Both the position numbers and the translations under genes were made by a program. A stretch of 64,000 bases of DNA from positions 59,308 through 123,307 of the forward strand of contig DAOLCO010000006.1 of NCBI GenBank assembly GCA_035327825.1, read 5' to 3'. This document shows positions 59,981 to 64,000 of this stretch, piece after piece (the stretch's first letter is position 1; every line of letters begins with the position of its first letter). The notes below the pieces were generated by a model. That model saw nothing but the letters and a program-made list of their open reading frames with translations. It was not told the origin of the DNA and searched no databases. The stretch is from Oligoflexia bacterium. Lineage in GTDB: Bacteria > Bdellovibrionota_C > UBA2361 > SZUA-149 > DAOLCO01.

Positions 59981-60391
59981 TTAAGGCTTAAACACTACCA
60001 GATAAATAGCAGCAAAAAGTATCAGAACAGGAAATTCATTAAACCAGCGATAAAAAACATGGCTTTTTAAATTACGATCATGTTTAAAATCATTTAAAAA
60101 TTTACCACATATCAAATGATAAATAATCAGAACCAGTACTATTGCAAGTTTTAAATGAAGCCACAATCCTGAAAATCCATACCCCAACCAAAGCCAGACA
60201 CCAAAAAAAATAGTTAAAACAGCACCAGGTGTCATGATCCCGTAATAAAGTTTTCGTTCCATGATTTTAAATCTTTCGTTACTAACTATATCGTCGCTCA
60301 TAGCATGATACACAAAAAGACGAGGCAGATAGAATAAGCCCGCAAACCAGGTTGTCATAAAACAGATGTGTAACCATTTAAGCCAGAGCAT
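59981..60391 (-). CDS. hemJ: protoporphyrinogen IX oxidase HemJ (UPF0093) family membrane protein
   Basis: 136 aa, 4 TM helices. WFAGLFYLPRLFVYHA and ERFKIMERKL match HemJ. Confidence 0.65.
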   Translation of the reverse strand: MLWLKWLHICFMTTWFAGLFYLPRLFVYHAMSDDIVSNERFKIMERKLYYGIMTPGAVLTIFFGVWLWLGYGFSGLWLHLKLAIVLVLIIYHLICGKFLNDFKHDRNLKSHVFYRWFNEFPVLILFAAIYLVVFKP

Positions 60392-60745
60392 AGTTAAAAC
60401 TGAATGTTAAACTTTTATTAAGTCACGGCAATAATATCTCCTGCCAAGCTAACATTTTAACAAACAAGTATCAAAAAATATACATTAGAGTTCTATTTAC
60501 TTATTAAAAGATAGAAGTATAGAATATACTGGTTTTTTCCAGCTTTTAATTAATTGCGAAACTTAGATTTCTAATGCTTTTTGTCTATCATCATAGGCTT
60601 GGTTTTTTTTACAGAGACAGCTCATTTCAAGCACAACTTTATGGAGAAGGATTAAGGTATGCATGTATTAGGCTATATTTTATATTCTACCATACTTATT
60701 AACATGCTATATTTACAAGCTATAAATTAGAGCAAATTTTAAAAA

Positions 60746-61519
60746 CTAAAATTCAAAAATCACCCTACTACCAGCTTCAAAATTGGATACACCTTTTGTT
60801 ATTCTTGATCCTGAACCAAATTGAATAATAATGTTTTCGGTAAAATGAATTTTAACTTGTGGCATCAAAAGTACTTCGCTTCTACCTCTTTGAGGCTTTA
60901 AAGTGTTAACTTCTAATCCAAAAGTTAACCTCTCACAAAATTCGTAAAATAAGTTTATGTTATTTATAAAATCAAGGCCGCTTGATCCTTCTTCGTCAAT
61001 ATTTGGAAATGAATCAGGTCCTAAACCAATACCACTCATAAAAAGCGCACTAATATCTTCATTTATCCTGATCCCTAAAAGATACAATAAAACAGGGTTA
61101 ACCTGAGTTCTTTCAATATCGCCTAAAAGCAATAGCTGTGCACCATGTATATATGCCTCACCATAACCAAAGGTATATTGTGAGGCGAGTTTTACTGATT
61201 CAACCCTTTCATTTTCAAATGGCAGCTCAAGCTCAAATGCAAGACCATCAGAAACAGCATATTCAATTTCGGGTGCCCATTCAGTTCCCAATCTCCCATC
61301 TCTTTTTCGCACTAAAGACAGAACATTAACTTCTAACTCACCCTTCCTGGAATCTAATCCTCTTACAAGGTCAAACACCATTGGCTCAGGAATGCTTATT
61401 GGGATTTCCTCAAAAGCATCATTTTTGCCACTTTCAGCATGGATGAATTTTGGATAAAAGATTATGAGCGTGTTTAAAAGGAAAATTGCTACAAAATGCA
61501 TCTTGCCATCGTGGAGCAT
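60746..61519 (-). CDS. putative outer-membrane beta-barrel protein
   Basis: 257 aa. Signal peptide. Alternating amphipathic strands. C-terminal aromatic residue (…RVIFEF). Confidence 0.4.
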   Translation of the reverse strand: MLHDGKMHFVAIFLLNTLIIFYPKFIHAESGKNDAFEEIPISIPEPMVFDLVRGLDSRKGELEVNVLSLVRKRDGRLGTEWAPEIEYAVSDGLAFELELPFENERVESVKLASQYTFGYGEAYIHGAQLLLLGDIERTQVNPVLLYLLGIRINEDISALFMSGIGLGPDSFPNIDEEGSSGLDFINNINLFYEFCERLTFGLEVNTLKPQRGRSEVLLMPQVKIHFTENIIIQFGSGSRITKGVSNFEAGSRVIFEF

Positions 61520-61530
61520 CTTTACTTGAT

Positions 61531-62514
61531 CTACCAGCCAAGAACATATGCAAAAATAAGTGGTGCTACAATTGTGGCATCTGATTCAATTACAAACTTT
61601 GGAGTATCAATTTCAAGTTTTTCCCATGTAATTTTCTCATTTGGAACAGCACCACTATATGAACCATATGAAGTTGTACTATCAGATATCTGACAAAAAT
61701 ATGACCAGCATGGACAGGATTCGTCCTCCATATCCTGCCTTATTAAAGGCACTACACAAATAGGAAAATCACCAGCAATCCCACCCCCTATCTGAAAAAA
61801 TCCAATTCCAGCCATACTGCTAGTTTCCCTGTACCAGTCAATAAGTTGGGACATATATTCCAGGCCTGATCTTACAACCGAAATAGAACCAACATTGCCC
61901 TTTCTGACCTGACCAACAAACATATTTCCAAGGGTAGAATCCTCCCATCCAGGTACAAAAATCGGCAAATTCTTTTGACAGGCAGCAAGAAGCCATGAAT
62001 TTTTTTCCTCAATCTCATATTCGTGAACAAGGGTTCTGCTTTTAAGTAACTGATAGAAAAACTCATGTGGAAAATACCTTTTACCTGACTTATCTGCTTC
62101 ACTCCATAACTCAAGCATTGCACTTTCAATCTTTCGCATTGCCTCATGCTCTGGAATGCATGTGTCTGTCACTCTGTTCAAAGATCGATCCAGGAGATTC
62201 TTCTCATCCTGCGGAGATAGATCACGATAATTTGGTATTCTGACATATGAATTGTGAGCTACAAGGTTGAAAATATCTTCTTCCAGATTGGCTCCAGTAC
62301 ATGTTATTGCATGTACCTTGTCCTGTCTTATCATTTCAGCAAGACTAAGACCAAGCTCAGCTGTACTCATGGCTCCTGCCAAAGTGACCATCATTGGAGC
62401 ACCAGATTCAACATGAGCTTTATAAGCCTCAGCAGCAGACTGCAAACTTGCCGCATTAAAGTGTCTATAGTGATGATTAATAAAATCAGAAACTGGTCCC
62501 ATAGAGATCACCAA
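61531..62514 (-). CDS. deoxyhypusine synthase-like protein
   Basis: 327 aa. DHS-family NAD-binding fold (TLAGAMSTAELG...ITCTGANLEEDI). Confidence 0.7.
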   Translation of the reverse strand: MVISMGPVSDFINHHYRHFNAASLQSAAEAYKAHVESGAPMMVTLAGAMSTAELGLSLAEMIRQDKVHAITCTGANLEEDIFNLVAHNSYVRIPNYRDLSPQDEKNLLDRSLNRVTDTCIPEHEAMRKIESAMLELWSEADKSGKRYFPHEFFYQLLKSRTLVHEYEIEEKNSWLLAACQKNLPIFVPGWEDSTLGNMFVGQVRKGNVGSISVVRSGLEYMSQLIDWYRETSSMAGIGFFQIGGGIAGDFPICVVPLIRQDMEDESCPCWSYFCQISDSTTSYGSYSGAVPNEKITWEKLEIDTPKFVIESDATIVAPLIFAYVLGW

Positions 62515-62621
62515 TTAATTAAGAATTTTGCATTTATCTGATACATTATGGAAAATCGGACGAAAATCTAACACTATCCTGATACTGAATCAAGAGCAGG
62601 TGATTTGAACCAATTATATAA

Positions 62622-63224
62622 TTAAAAATCAGATGCAACTGCTTCGAGATAGATTTTGCGGGCTGCTTCATCAAGCAAACCCTCCAGAGTTTCAGCGGCC
62701 TGCCCCCTTTGAACTTCTCTCTGAGTTAGAGTAGCAAGAGATCCAGGAGCAAGGTTACCAGTAGCAAATGATGAACTTGAAGTCACAACATTTGAGGAAA
62801 CCGTTCCAAATGATTCGGTAACTACAAGTGCAGGGTTACGATATAGAATTTGGCCATTTTTCTTTCTTAATTCGGCAAATACTGTAAGTAAAAGAGACTG
62901 CTCAACCTGAATGTTTGATCTTCCCTGAACATCTCGATTCTGAGACTCTATACTTACTATCCGGGAAATAAACTCGGCATCAGCTGGCTCCCCGCTATCA
63001 ACAATTTTTACCACCCCATAACGCTCAAACCGTCCTCTCAACTTTTCAGTAAACATTGGGCCAAGTCCACTAAAAGTCGTACTATTTTCAGAATTACGTA
63101 TTGAAATTGTTTTGATTTCCGGAGGAAGAACAGAACCACTTCCCTGAAGCCGATAGCCACAGGAAGCAAAACTAAATATTAAAATTGTTATTGAAAAAAT
63201 TACTGTCTTTTTTGTCATTTTCAA
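62622..63224 (-). CDS. lptE: LPS-assembly lipoprotein LptE-like
   Basis: 200 aa. Lipobox SFASC immediately followed by GYRLQGSG, the LptE N-terminal motif. Confidence 0.5.
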   Translation of the reverse strand: MKMTKKTVIFSITILIFSFASCGYRLQGSGSVLPPEIKTISIRNSENSTTFSGLGPMFTEKLRGRFERYGVVKIVDSGEPADAEFISRIVSIESQNRDVQGRSNIQVEQSLLLTVFAELRKKNGQILYRNPALVVTESFGTVSSNVVTSSSSFATGNLAPGSLATLTQREVQRGQAAETLEGLLDEAARKIYLEAVASDF

Positions 63225-63410
63225 TCCATATTAGAGGTTTACTTATAAAGGCAATAATACAGGCAAACATAGCTTCAAGCTATTCAGTACTTAATACTCA
63301 TTGTTAGAATTTATCCTCAAATTATCATTAAAGGAATGACAAATTCCTATCAAAAAAGACAGGAATTCGCTCTTTAGTTTGCCCTGATGATTGGTCAGTA
63401 AATATCATAG

Positions 63411-64000
63411 TTAGTCACTTTTGGCGATGGCTCTCATTTTTAGATAGAATATAGGTAATCCTTGTTGAATGAAAAGCTTTTCAAACTCTGTTCTGACCCT
63501 AGCTTCCGAAGATATTTCATTTAAGGTTTCTATGTTCATATGCAAATCATGAACTAACTCCTCAATTATAAAATTATGCTTTTTTTGACCTGTTAACTTA
63601 TCCCCAACTCCAAGTAAACCAAGGTCCGAGAGAAAACTTTCAAAATATTCCTTGTGATCTGTTTTCACAGCGATTAATCCGCCAGTACGCATTATTGAGT
63701 CCAGAACCACAAACAGATTTTTAGAAAGAATACGGTGCTTTCTTTGTCTTTTCTTTTCCCAGGGATCAGGGAAATTTATATATACCTCATCAACTATACC
63801 ATCTTCACTATCAATAATTATATCAGGTAATCTTAAAATCTCACGAGCAAGCTCACTTCTACCTCTAAAAATATATACATTATTTATATTTTCTTTTATT
63901 GCTTTCTCAATGGTTCTAACAGCCCGCTTAAATCGAATTTCAAAACCAAGGCATAGTGTATTAGGTTTCATTTTGGCAAGTTCAATAATATGACCGCCAG
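63411..64000 (-). CDS. trmB: tRNA (guanine46-N7)-methyltransferase TrmB (5' end runs off the window)
   Basis: NFPDPWEKKRQRKHR motif. In-frame sequence continues upstream of the first in-window Met to nt 64000. Confidence 0.7.
   Translation of the reverse strand, partial: GGHIIELAKMKPNTLCLGFEIRFKRAVRTIEKAIKENINNVYIFRGRSELAREILRLPDIIIDSEDGIVDEVYINFPDPWEKKRQRKHRILSKNLFVVLDSIMRTGGLIAVKTDHKEYFESFLSDLGLLGVGDKLTGQKKHNFIIEELVHDLHMNIETLNEISSEARVRTEFEKLFIQQGLPIFYLKMRAIAKSD

Noticed and set aside
1-64000. CRISPR arrays, transposases/IS elements, prophage structural genes, toxin-antitoxin pairs
   Set aside because: No run of regularly spaced direct repeats and no cas-like, transposase-like or phage capsid/terminase-like ORFs were seen. 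The repeats present (14599-14649, 20132-20174) are simple tandem duplications without spacers.

Overview
The window is a 64-kb stretch of a low-GC (roughly 35-40% by eye) bacterial chromosome with Gram-negative cell-envelope genes. Supporting calls are an LptE-like lipoprotein, a probable outer-membrane beta-barrel, a type IV prepilin-like gene, a flagellar hook gene and a class A PBP. Most of it is densely packed core housekeeping: a mdh-sucC-sucD-ndk-rlmN block, miaB, clpS-clpA, an rluA-family gene, ftsY, smc, glk, a cca-type nucleotidyltransferase, NAD-type isocitrate dehydrogenase, hemJ, a deoxyhypusine-synthase-like gene and a partial trmB at the 3' edge. I found no rRNA, no CRISPR array, no transposase and no obvious prophage. 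Features not explained by the core annotation are listed below.
- A tRNA-Ile(GAT)/tRNA-Ala(TGC) pair sits in rRNA-spacer order but has no rRNA genes beside it.
- A full-length P4-type integrase homologue has catalytic residues that appear degenerate.
- An SbcD/SbcC-like (YhaO/YhaN-like) nuclease-ATPase pair carries a transmembrane helical hairpin where a zinc hook is expected.
- An oversized, divergent class A PBP is co-operonic with an MBL-fold hydrolase.
- Flagellum-related genes are scattered: an orphan flgE, a YjfB-like small protein, and a FliB-like CxxCxxCC protein translationally coupled to a GT4-TPR glycosyltransferase beside an EF-hand protein.
- A GC-enriched cluster of four hairpins between sucD and ndk ends in a plus-strand hairpin plus T-run, which makes it a candidate small RNA.
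- Several short tandem or inverted repeats lie in intergenic regions.
No single clear-cut novel system stands out. The candidates above are ranked by how unusual they look from sequence alone. All functional calls come from motif and architecture recognition by eye; no database searches were run.
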